Both the position numbers and the translations under genes were made by a program. Shown here one piece after another: positions 19,998-31,690 of a stretch of DNA of 47,940 nt. Position 1 is the first letter of the stretch, and every line of letters begins with the position of its first letter. Origin of the DNA: Octopus sinensis (Eukaryota); the NCBI RefSeq assembly GCF_006345805.1, contig NW_021834515.1:1-47940 (forward strand), given 5' to 3'. A model generated the notes under the pieces. It made no database searches, was not told the origin of the DNA, and saw nothing but the letters and a program-made list of their open reading frames with translations.

Positions 19998-21611
19998 CTG
20001 GATAACAACATCACTATTCATCAGTTAATAAATATAATTAGACATCTTTAAATATTAATAAATAATGCAATGCTAAGTTGTTATCAACAAGAAAATCAAC
20101 AGCTATATCTAAAACATTAAAAAAACTTTAAAATAACATTGTAAAACTATAAAAATAAAACTATTGTCAATTTAGAGACACTTCAATTCAAACACATCTA
20201 AAATACTGATATAACTAGTAAAAGGATTTGATAACAACCACTCATTCCCAAAGAGTGCAGAAAAAGTACAAGTCCTTCAGAAGAGTCTGTAAACCATCAC
20301 TTGATTTTTTGCTTAGAGAAGACATTTTTATATGATTTTTTTTCATTAATTATACATTTTAAACAGTGTTTTAAGTTTATTACTAATGAGTTTAAAACAA
20401 ATTGATATGCTTTTATAGGATAATAGTCAATAATAGTTTCAAATTGTTCACATTGACTATTTAAAAGATTTTCAGGACTCTGATTTTCTGGGAGATCACT
20501 GAAGATAGTGTAAGTGAATTGTTATATGGAGATAATTGTTTTATTTTGCTTAGTTTTTAGATCAGTATTTTTCTTTGGTCTGAAGCTTAATAAATTTGTT
20601 TGCAATTATTATTTTTCTTTTGTGCATAATGTTAATGTTGAATAGCCATGATCAGCTCCACACAAAATTGACTGATTTGGACTTGTCTTTTGTGTGTGTT
20701 TGGATATTGATTTTAGTGAGTTTTATATGAAGTTTGCTCCCCAGTTTTACTGTTGAGTGGAATGACAACAGATTTTCTCTGTATTGTTATTAGCTTGCTA
20801 ATGTGTTGATTATAAGTTGTTAATGAATAGGTGTAGTGCACCTACTTGGGGAATTGACATATTCATAAAAGGTCTTCAGTATAGTTTCTCAACCTACTGT
20901 TAAAATGTTCTTGTGGTGCCAGGAGTCAAAGGTGCTTACATAAAAGTGTAAAAGTGAGCTACATTTGGTTTTTGAAGAGAAGACATATGTACTACTTCAC
21001 ATGGAGCCTGTATTCAGAGAAAACATCAATGATGTATGGCACAGGATTGGATGACCAGAATAGAAGAAAATGAACAGAAACACATCCAAATCAAGAATTA
21101 CTCATCAGTCTTCAATTATTCTACTAGATCTTTTGTTCCCTTAGTTTACATTTCATTTTGTGACAAATTTCCTAAATATCTAAAGGTTGCCAATCATTTT
21201 TCTCTAGTAACAAATCTTGCTTGAAATATTCTCACAATAAATCCCCATACTTTTTCTGAATTTGCTTTTGCTGAAGCAAACTACAATTAGCTTCCTCAAT
21301 AGTTGTCATTGGATATCGTTGGAGTTAGTGAAAGACTGCTCATAGTATACTGTAAAAAATGTGATGAAGTTTTCTATGTAAGATACTACATATTAGGTGT
21401 ATTAGCATCATGCATGTAAAGTTTTAAAAAAGATTGCAAATGATAAGACACATATTCAATAAATACAATTCAGATTAGCAAATATGTTGAAAATGTTTGG
21501 ATATGGTTTTGTAAGCGGGTGTTTTTGAGTATACAGGAAGTTTATATTGAAACTTTAGGATTCTTTAAATTAAAATGAATAATTCTAAAAGAGCAAAAAC
21601 TTTGTAGATAC

Positions 21612-21742
21612 CGTGGCAGTAAGTTGTGAATTTCTCTGTTAATTACATTTTCACTGAAACTACTGACTGAAATAGCTTCACCTATATGAACATGAATATT
21701 GCCATAATCTTCAAATAAAACACCTCTTGCTTTGAAGAGACC
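21612..21742 (-). CDS. GNPAT: GNPAT coding exon (131 bp, second visible)
   Basis: GLFKARGVLFEDYGNIHVHIGEAISVSSFSENVINREIHNLLPR matches [42 protein letters not shown] acceptor, CG|GTATCT donor. Not in the ORF track (under 60 aa). Confidence 0.92.
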
Positions 21743-22894
21743 CTGTAAAGAAAAATATCAAGATATAATGGAATTTAAATCACTTGATAAAATCAATTGT
21801 TAAGTATTCATTAACTACTAAAATTTCTAAGAATACTGTTTTTCCATTGATATTACAAATATCTAACAGGAAATAAGCTTTCAAAATTTTCATACCAGTT
21901 TCACATTTTATATGAAGTGAAAATGTAACAATTTGGTTTGATAGTCTGTTTTAGCATCATTTGACTCAAATGATGTCAATATTAAATGTCTGACTTACTT
22001 TACTCTTATGTTCTTCTCAGCACCAAATTTTGAAAATGAAATCTTTACTCTCTAATTTTCTGATAACTCTGACTTTCATTTCATCCCAATCAGTCTATCA
22101 AGTTTATGCGCATTTGTTCTAATATTCAGAACACTCCAGTAATTCTGCTATGCCAACATCATTTCAAATGCACAAACAGTAACAATAATCACATCAAATA
22201 GTCAAACATGTTTACTCTGCATTGGTTCAAATAACAGTAGCCATGTTTCCCTGTTTCTTTTTCCATTCTCTTTCCCCACTTTTAGTTAGCATGTAAAACT
22301 CTAAAATTTATCACAAGATAAAAAAGAAGGTTGACACTGATTTACTCCAAGTTTTTATTCATGCTTGTTTGTCATTATATAATTACCTGACTTTAAAAGA
22401 GTCATCAACAAAGTTGCTATGATGTTTTTTTATTAATCCTATGATATTTTCATAGTTTATTTTCACTACTGCTCCATCAAACAAATTGAAACATCTTGTA
22501 CACTTACAACTTATCAAGTCTAACAATAGGATTGTATTTGCTGTTTCTACAATCACTCTTTTTTAAATTTAATAATATATTTTGATCTATTGTGATAATA
22601 TATTTTGATCTATTCTTGTCTGATTCTTTTACTTGTGTTATTCTTGTACAATCTCAAATTGATAATAAATGTAATTTGTCCTTCAAGTTCTACCCTAAAG
22701 GTAATTGTTGTTTAATTCTTATCAACTAGAATTTAGACCAAAGGCATTCTAAACCCCCATTTTAGAGATATAGAGGACATTATAGAGGGTGAAAGAGATT
22801 TAGTGGTTAATTCTGGCAGATTAAACAACCAGATAGTGGCTCCTTCTTTAGCTTGGAGAGTAGTGTGTTGAATGAGTGGTGCATTACAATATCA

Positions 22895-24165
22895 TTGGAT
22901 CATCCCATAAATAATGCGTTTTTTTTCAATTGCATGAACTATAAGTTTGAGGGGGACCTGCATCAACTACCTGCAGATAGTAATTTTACCTTGTACTTAT
23001 TCTTAGAGCAAGTTTTGAAGTGCTGTTTGATTTTAACAGTTACTTTTTCAAAGCTATAATGGAAGTGACAAAGGTGCATATTCAGCATATTTTTTTCTTT
23101 ATGAGTTCAATAAAGGCAACAACACAACGAAAAGTGCAAAGAATATTAATGCAGTATATGGTGATCAGACAATAAGTGGAAGTCAGTGTCAACAGTGGTA
23201 CCAAAAATTCTGAGCCAAAGACTACAGCCTAGAAGACGAGCCTCATCCTGGAAGATCTGTAGAGCTCGATGAGGATGTCCTGCAAACCCTGGTGGAACAA
23301 AATCCCATTACAACTGTTGAAGAAGTAGCAGAGAAGCTTGGATTTGGTCATTCAACCATTCATCAACACCTGTATGCCATTGGAAAAGTCAGCAAACTGG
23401 GTAAATGGGTTCCTCACAAACTTTCCAAGTCTAACCGCATGCAGAGAGTGAACGTGTGCTCTTCTTTGCTGTCATGTCTCACAGCTGAACCTTTTTTTGG
23501 ACTGAATAGTGACTAGTGACAAGAAATGAGTTCTCTATAAAAATGTCAAGCACCAAAGACAGTGGGTGGGGAAAGGAGAAACACCAGCACCTCAGGCTAA
23601 AGAAGGTCTTCACCCATGTAAGGTGTTGTTATCTGTTTTGGTAGGATATGAAAGGTTTAGTTCACTTTGAACTTTTAAACACAAACCAAATGATAACAAA
23701 GGATACCTACTGCAAGCAGCTTGAGTGGCTTAAGTCAGCACTAGAAGATAAATGACCATCTTTGGTTTCAAGATGAAAGTTGGTCTTCCATCAGGATAAT
23801 GTTTGGCCACACAGTGAGGATGACATTCCAAAGGCTGGAGCAGTTTGAATGGGAAATGATGCCCCACCCATCATATTCGCCAGACATTGCCCCATCTGAT
23901 TTTCCTGTATTCCACAGTCTTCAAAATCATTTGGATGGAAAAAATGTGAATTCTATAGAGAAGGTCAGAACAGTACTGGAGGAGTATTTTTCGTCACGGA
24001 CAAGTGGATTTTGGAAGAGGGGTCTTGCAAATCTACCAGATAGATAGAAGAGCATTGTAGAAAATGAAGGAGAGTATATTTTAGATTAAAAAAGAACTTT
24101 GTTCATCTTAATTTTGAAAAATAAAAGAAGTATAAAAAGATCGCATTATTTATGGGATGATCCAA
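22895..24165 (+). mobile_element. Full-length (1271 bp) but decayed mariner; transposase pseudogene 23059-24089
   Basis: Perfect 24-bp TIRs TTGGATCATCCCATAAATAATGCG; TA at right, CA at left; KWVPHKL, QDN, YSPDIAPSDF; several stops and frameshifts. Confidence 0.92.
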
Positions 24166-24809
24166 TACAATAAAAATGTTCTGGATTCAATTTATCAACA
24201 GCTAACTGCCCAAGCAATTGTAACACACTTCAAGTATGCTCAGAAGCTTCATTTTCTTGTGAATTGAATGGAGTCATCTTATGCTATCATTACAGAGTTA
24301 CCAAACGTTAAAAGAAAGAGTAAATATTTTATTTATTTATTATTATGATTTGTATGTATCTCAAGCCATATTAACCAGTACAGAAGATTCCAAAAATACT
24401 TTTCCCCATTGTAGAAAGTTACATATATTTAATAGGTGTTCCCATGAAGACAGAATTTCAGCTTCTTAGACTTTAAAGCAACAGAAGATAGAAAAACATG
24501 ATAGAGCAAGATTTGGTTACCTGTTCAATATCTCAATTTATTTTAGGGCTTGTTTACAGATTAATTTGTTTTTTTGAATGCTGAAATAATTTTCAAGCTG
24601 CCTAGCTGTCACAAAACAATGTCAGTACATTATATCTTGTGAAATCATATTTATATATATATTGTTAATTCTTTAGAATATCATAATCCTATAACTTTTT
24701 GTATTGCATAGCATTCATTATCCTTTAAAGAGTTTTGCTGTGTAAAGTTGGAACAATGCAAGAAGGTACAAAGTAAACTACAAAAAGAAAACAAAACAAA
24801 AAGAAAGCG

Positions 24810-25520
24810 GTAGTTCTACCTTGTATTCAATATTTCAGAGCTATAACCTCCTCTTCAGGACACTTGGAAAAGTGAGGGCTGAAAAGGTCATTGCTTTGAT
24901 GTGTTGGGGAGGAAGGAGGAAGCAGGAGAAAGATGACACGCACAAACTGGCGTTGCAATAGTAGCAAGTCTGCTTCATGTAGTTTCTTCCTGTTGTTAAT
25001 GGTTGGTCTCAGTAGTGTGACAAACTCTCTAATAGAAGTTAGTATAGATGGAACCAACTTCTGTGGTCTTGATTTGGAAACCCAGCAAGGGGGAAGGTTC
25101 TGGACTCACCTGGGTGTTCTATTTCAAATTTTATATGGTTGTTGACAATGCTGAATTTCTGGTGTATGTTGATCAACTCCTCCTGGGAGGAGGTGAGCAT
25201 CAGATATCATCAACATATCTCAAGAAAAAGATGCATGAGTGACAAGTGTTAAGTTGGTCAATGTATGCGATGGCCAGCAGGCTTGAGGAGTTAGCTATCA
25301 TTGGCAGACCTGAGATCTCTATGCTTCGCTACTGAACTGAAAGTAAGTGTTACAGACTACAATAGCTCTTGGATGTCCAAGGGTGTAAGACTGAAACAGT
25401 GGAGGTTGAGGAAGAGAAGAAGTGGATAACAGAGATGAAAGAAGAAACACAATGCAGTCGTTTACGATGTCAACAGCTGGAAGAGCGAACATGGAACTAT
25501 AGAGGGAGACCACGTCTACA
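24810..25520 (-). mobile_element. Decayed PLE: RT core followed directly by a terminal region (endonuclease missing)
   Basis: Minus strand: NTYFQF..GLPM..SSLLAIAY..FLRYVDDI..HIKFEIEH..TFPLL; hammerhead remnant at 24823-24863. Confidence 0.65.
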
Positions 25521-25984
25521 CTGAAAGGGTACCTTTTCGCATTGCTCTGGCCTTACACAACAAACCTCTCTAAAATAAAACTGAAACAATGCTTCACCAA
25601 AACTACTCCATTTTAATTCATTATCTTTTTTATTTTTGTGATTTTTTTAGAGAAGCATATTAATTTGGGTACACTATTGGCTACCATATGATTGGTGAAA
25701 TTCTAAGAAATTGGAGGTTCACAATAATGCACCTGCTATATTTAGTTTACCTTTGGTGTACTGAATAGAGAAATCAAATAACAAAAACCCAAAAGTGATA
25801 ACGACCCATTATTGCTGTAAATTTGAAGAAATGGTTTCTTTGATAAAGAAATAAACCTCTGGAGAATGTAAATTTATATTATGTAATCAAGTTCTGTTTG
25901 ATAAAAGATCTTTCTTCATTAAATTCTTTTATAACTATTTCGGAACTACTTTTCCACTCATAGAAGAAAATATGATCCAAAAAT

Positions 25985-26600
25985 GCAAGTACTCTATCCT
26001 ATGCAGTTATGGTAGGTTATACAAAGGCGAAACATGCCGCCCCCTTAAAGTAAGGGTAGAGGAACATCGTAAAGCTGTGAAATGAGAGGATGTTGAAAAA
26101 TCTGGTATAGCTGATCATGTATGGAAAAATGGAGACCACCTCCTACTGTGGGATGAAGTTAAAATAATCGACAGAGATCACCACTGGAAAATACAAAAAT
26201 TAAAAGATGTTGCACATATACTAGGATACAATAACTTCTTAAGCAGAACTAGTGCAGATATGAATGTAATATGGGAACCAGTACAGTATTAAGAAAAGAT
26301 AAAATACTAGGTTTATAAGCCCTAAAATTCACTCTATAATTGCCCACAAGCATATAGCATATTGGATAAGAATGCAGGCTACTAACCCTCAATCCCAGGC
26401 AAGGACTTGAAATATAATATCAACAGAAAAATAACATCAGCAACATACCTTAGAAATGAGAGCAGAGTACCCCATTAGTCAAATAAAGGGTTGGGTTCAA
26501 AATTCCAACAGAACATCCAATGAAGGCTGGAGAGTACATCAGCCGAAACATTGTGATAACAAACAAGGTGAGGACATCTATCCATCCATTGTAAATAATG
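25985..26600 (+). mobile_element. PLE 3' fragment (Penelope/Poseidon-type GIY-YIG + terminal repeat)
   Basis: YSILCSYGRLYKGETCRPLKVRVEEH..KSGIADHVW..WDEVKIIDR..W..KLK..WEP; hammerhead remnant at 26517-26556. Confidence 0.7.
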
Positions 26601-27462
26601 TATTTTGCTGGCATTGATACATATTCTCTGGTTTAAGCTTACTTTACTTAACTCTCAACTATTTCATGACAGTTTTTTTACTCAGGATGTATGAAGTGCT
26701 TATTTACATTATATACTATAACTGATATATATACGTTGGCCAAAATGTGTAATATCCAATTACTTCTGAATTTCAATATAACTTGAGCCAACAAGGAAAC
26801 CTCTAATATGGTCACTACCTGTTAAGAACAGTAACCTACCCCTCAAATCAATGTCATAAAAATTGAATGACACATTGGATAATACGGTCCCAAGTATACT
26901 ACACCTGGGGATAAATAACAACAACAACATACATGCAAGTTTGCACTGCACATCTAACTCCAACGTTTTGCCTCTTCAAGATGCTTCAGAAAATTTAATT
27001 CTGCTGGTGTAGCTGCATTATATCTGACTAGCAAAAAGACCAGGTGGCTTTCTGCTAGCCACTTGATAATATTTTCACATTGATATTTTCAGTCACATAT
27101 TTTTTGGATGCCCCATGTTGAATTGCAAAATCTAATGTGATATTTGTGTAATAATGAAATCAAACTTGGAGTGTGTGTGTGTTTATGTTATAGAGACAGT
27201 GTGAGACAGAGAGAAGGGGAGAGAGAACATTGCAAACAACGAATGAAATAAACATGAAATGAAAAAAAATCATATAAATAAAAACTTGTTAAAATCTATC
27301 TTGTACTGAATATTTAAATTTGTAAACTTGAAATATTCAATAATAAAAGGAAGTTCAGAAAGTAAATTTTCCTAAAAACTTCAATTTATAAAAAATCTTA
27401 CTTGCATAGTAAATATTTCTTTCTGTAATTTATAATAGTTGTAATATATCTCTAATTTAAAC

Positions 27463-28039
27463 AAACTTCAAAGTAACCTATGTTTAACATGCTAGAAATA
27501 GCAGCGATCACATAGTTATTGCATCCCAAACAGCCATACCAACAAGACTAATTTATTTTTTTGTTAAATTATAGTAGTATATTAAGAAATTTTCATTTTA
27601 TCGAAAATATTCATTTAACAATTGCAGCGTGGAAGGTGTTTGTAAGCCATTTAAGAAACACACAAAAGCCGTTCGATTCACTTCAACATTTAAGTTTAAT
27701 TTGTCAAAATATTTTCGGCGCTATAAGACCGCGACCTGTTTACTGACAAAAATCCGTGCTGAACAGGTCGCGGTCTTATAGAGACGAAAATATTTTGACA
27801 AATTAAACTTAAATGTTGAAGTGAATCGAACGGCTTTTGTGTGTTTCTTAAATGGCTTACAAACACCTTCCACGCTGCAATTGTTAAATGAATATTTTCG
27901 ATAAAATGAAAATTTCTTAATATACTACTATAATTTAACAAAAAAATAAATTAGTCTTGTTGGTATGGCTGTTTGGGATGCAATAACTATGTGATCGCTG
28001 CTATTTCTAGCATGTTAAACATAGGTTACTTTGAAGTTT
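27463..28039. repeat. Near-perfect fold-back: 278-bp arms, 21-bp loop
   Basis: 27463-27740 vs 27762-28039; only 2 mismatches seen; the ORF track gives the same 52-aa peptide on both strands. Confidence 0.92.
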
Positions 28040-28374
28040 ACTATTGGCTGTTTATATCTTAGCACTATCATTCTGATAGAGCAGTGAAGATCAAAATTGG
28101 CATTTGGGGCTGATGATGCATGACAGTGAAGAAATGTATGTATCCCATGATCTCAAGACATCATTCATAGCCCGATGTATTTCCAAGAGGAGAAATTTCT
28201 CCTGAGGCTATTTCCACAGTGAAAGGTTTTCTTGTGTTTGAGTATACACAAAGGTATGAAAGAGCTTTGGGCAGGCAACTGTTTTATTCACTACTGCTTT
28301 TGCAATGCAATTTAATAAATATTATATTTCCTTTCATTATCTTACATGATTAACTATATATATTTTTTAATAAA

Positions 28375-28849
28375 AAATTTAGATTCAGATGAATATGGTA
28401 CTTAAGTTGAGGCACCAGGATTTAGTATGGTATTATCCATACAATTTCAAAATAAGGTGATTAAAATCAAAATAAGCAACAAGGATATCCAGAGGTAATG
28501 CAGTCTGATTGTTTCATGCGACTCCATTTAATTGAACAATGCAATCATTTCATTACATCAATTTAAAATGTAGAGCAATCTTCAGCTGCACAAAGACATA
28601 GAATTTAATTAAATTAGAAGGATACATTAGTAAAATTTTAACCAAAATCTCCAAGAGGATAAGGAGATAAGGGTAAAATTATACTAATTATGTCCTTCTA
28701 ATTTAATTAAATTCTATGTCTTTGTGCAGCTGAAGATTGCTCTACATTTTAAATTGATGTAATGAAATGATTGCATTATTCAATTAAATGGAGTCGCATG
28801 AAACGATCGGACTGCTTTACCTCTGGATATCCTTGTTGCTTATTTTGAT
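28375..28849. repeat. PLE-terminus-related sequence with fold-back (arms 28466-28632 / 28682-28849)
   Basis: Arms reverse-complementary; start ATCAAAATAAGCAACAAG and upstream 28375-28465 match 6424-6600. Confidence 0.75.
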
Positions 28850-30076
28850 ATTTTTTTATAATATAGATTTTGAAAATTTCTTCATTTGCATACTCTCAGA
28901 GTAACTTTTAGCTTTAACTTAGTTAGAGGAAGAGCAGTGTCCATGACTCTTCATGGGGCCTTGCTCTTATAAATAGATGTTTATTTTACTGCTAACCACT
29001 TAATTGTTAATTAAAAATGACACCAGTTGTCAGGCAGGTATTCAAATACAAAGTGTAATATCTGTTGCCCAGGTGAACAACACAGTTGCTGTAATAAGGT
29101 TTTACTCTATGAACATAGAGTAATTTTATTTTACAGCCACTGTATCTTCAGAAAGAAGCTCTATTTCCACATCTAAGGTTTTGCTTTAAATACTATTACT
29201 ATCTTTACTTCCTGTCTATATATCGAAAATGCCTTTCAACATCTGTTGATGTTTTGATAGAAATAGCTACACAACACTAAATTATCTGCTAATATTATTT
29301 AGTACTTGAATTAAGCAATGTCCAATTTCAAACATTCAAGCTAGCTCCTGGATTCACTCTGTATTGAGAATCAAGTAGGCTACACAAATGTTTTATAATG
29401 GTTTTATAAATTAATATGACAGTGGGAACAGAACCTTACACTCATTACTATATCAAATTAATTATGACTTTATCTTTAGCCCACTTACATTTCAAGCCAG
29501 ATTGACCTTCAAGTTTCAATGACTTTGTCTTAAAAATTATTTAAAACTGGTCATTCATTAATAAATACTTTCCTTACAGCTATCATACAAAATCAGGTCA
29601 TATAGCTCTATATATGGTCTTACATTCAAACTGTATTATAGCCATCTTAACACTCTTCTGCACTATCTACACTATTTTTACTGCTTTATTTAAAGCTCTA
29701 TAATTTCTACTCATTGATTCATTATTTTCTTTGTACACCTTGAACAATTTTAACAGCTAATGAAGAATTTTACACATTTATCTTGACACTTTCCATAAAT
29801 CAGTGCTTTTCTAAGAGCTGTCTCTAACTTCACATCCTTACCCTTAATTGCTTTACTCTCTATTCCTTAACTAATACATAGAGCATCATGTATTTCCAGT
29901 AATACTTCTGAACTATTTCCAACATATTCCCTGAAAGAGAATGTGCACAATTTTAAGATATAATTTTCTAGAATAACATCATGATTTATCTTAACACACT
30001 CTTTTGAAATATGAAATATTTACTACTTCTGTGTTATAAAAATCGTAGGACAGATCACAAAATAAATTATACATAC

Positions 30077-30228
30077 ATAAGTTGACTCTTTAGGTTTGGG
30101 GACACCAAGTAATTCATAAGCATAAAGCTTTTCTTCAAGGATGCGGCTGTAACTAATACTAATTGGTATTATTTTGATATCTGATACTTTGCCTTTGAAA
30201 TAAACTTCCAACACAGCAGATAACAAAC
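30077..30228 (-). CDS. GNPAT: GNPAT coding exon (152 bp, first visible)
   Basis: [50 protein letters not shown]; [12 protein letters not shown] is the GNPAT (not GPAM) form; TTGTTTTAG acceptor, AT|GTATGT donor, phase 0 end. Confidence 0.93.
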
Positions 30229-30383
30229 CTAAAACAATTCCAAAAATTATTATATTAGAATAAGGAAACAATACTTTTGAAAGAATGAGTAAAAATAACT
30301 GCTACTTTAGTTTATAATAGAAATGAAGGTTTGTGATACCAGTGGAGTATCTTCTCCCATCATAATTATTTCTGTAGACTTAA

Positions 30384-30384
<1 letters not shown>

Positions 30385-30419
<35 letters not shown>

Positions 30420-31126
30420 GCATACACACACATATATATACACACACACACACACATATATACATATATACACACACACACATATATACACACACACACA
30501 TATATATATACATATATATACACACACACACACATATATATATATACATATACACACACATATATATACACACACACACACACACATATATACACACATA
30601 TATATATACACACGCACACATATATACACACACATATACACACACACATATATACACACACACACATATATATACACACACACATATCTTCCAGTGCCTT
30701 CGAATTTAATATTTTTAATATTTAATATTGTGAAGTCCCATGCTGATGAAGAAAATGTTCAAGTAAAGTATAAATTACACATTCTTTACGCGGATCTAAT
30801 TCCAAAACGCGTACATGGGTAATCTAATATCAATTTGATTTTCGTTATTTTTTCTCTCTGCCTTCGTGGATTGTTTTCGATTAACTTGTTTTTTCCGGGA
30901 GTCTCTTTTTAAAGTGGAAGAAATAGCTAAGGTTCTTTGGCTGCTATTTCTAAAATTCGGTATGTGGTAAAGCAAATATTTGCTGAACCCTATTATAAAG
31001 TATTACTTTAATTTACCGTGTAATGGTCGTTTTTCATGCCCAATTCTACTTGGTGAAATTATTGATTACGAGTTAATTAATTAATTTAACCCTTTGATAT
31101 TAATATATATATATATATACACACAT

Positions 31127-31177
<51 letters not shown>

Positions 31178-31424
31178 GGTATATATAAACTCACATATAT
31201 ATATACACACACACATATATATACACACACACATATATATACACACACACATATATATATACACACATATATATACACACACACATATATATATATATAT
31301 ACATATATATACACACATACATATATATACACACACAAATATATATACACACACAGACGTATTTATATATATTTATATATACATACACACAAATATATAT
31401 ATATTTATATATATACTCACACAA

Positions 31425-31467
<43 letters not shown>

Positions 31468-31615
31468 CACATAAATACACATACATATATTTATATATAC
31501 TCACACAAACACACACATAGATATATTTATATATACACACACACATATTTATATATACTCACACACACACACACAGATATATTTATATATACACACACAC
31601 ATATTTATATATACT

Positions 31616-31660
<45 letters not shown>

Positions 31661-31690
31661 TTATATATACTCACACACACACACACATAC
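30385..31690. repeat. Two large (TA)n/(CA)n compound microsatellite blocks (30385-30685, 31100-31690)
   Basis: Direct inspection. Confidence 0.95.
30737..30819 (+). ncRNA. Hammerhead-like motif with long stem II and apparent G12A mutation
   Basis: CCCATG-CTGATGA-AGAA...TTCC-AAA-AC-GC-GT-A-CATGGG: perfect 6-bp stem I, canonical core, palindromic ACGCGT. Confidence 0.5.

Larger units (their letters stand above)
26780..30000 (-). mobile_element. Ancient, heavily decayed CR1-like LINE remnants interrupted by later insertions
   Basis: Weak residual motifs in the right order on the minus strand: GSKDS near 29220, LDFA near 27130, IPRCSILGTVL..DID (cf. GVPQGSILGPVLF..DID) near 26900. Confidence 0.3.

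Noticed and set aside
20460-20900. Possible old RT remnant on the minus strand (IPQVGAL..LFI)
   Set aside because: A single weak motif with many stops; not enough to annotate.
26760-26963. 67-aa minus-strand ORF with plausible AG/GT sites as an extra exon
   Set aside because: No GNPAT similarity and the flanking GNPAT exons join in frame without it; it resembles a decayed RT motif (GVPQGSILGPVLF..DID).
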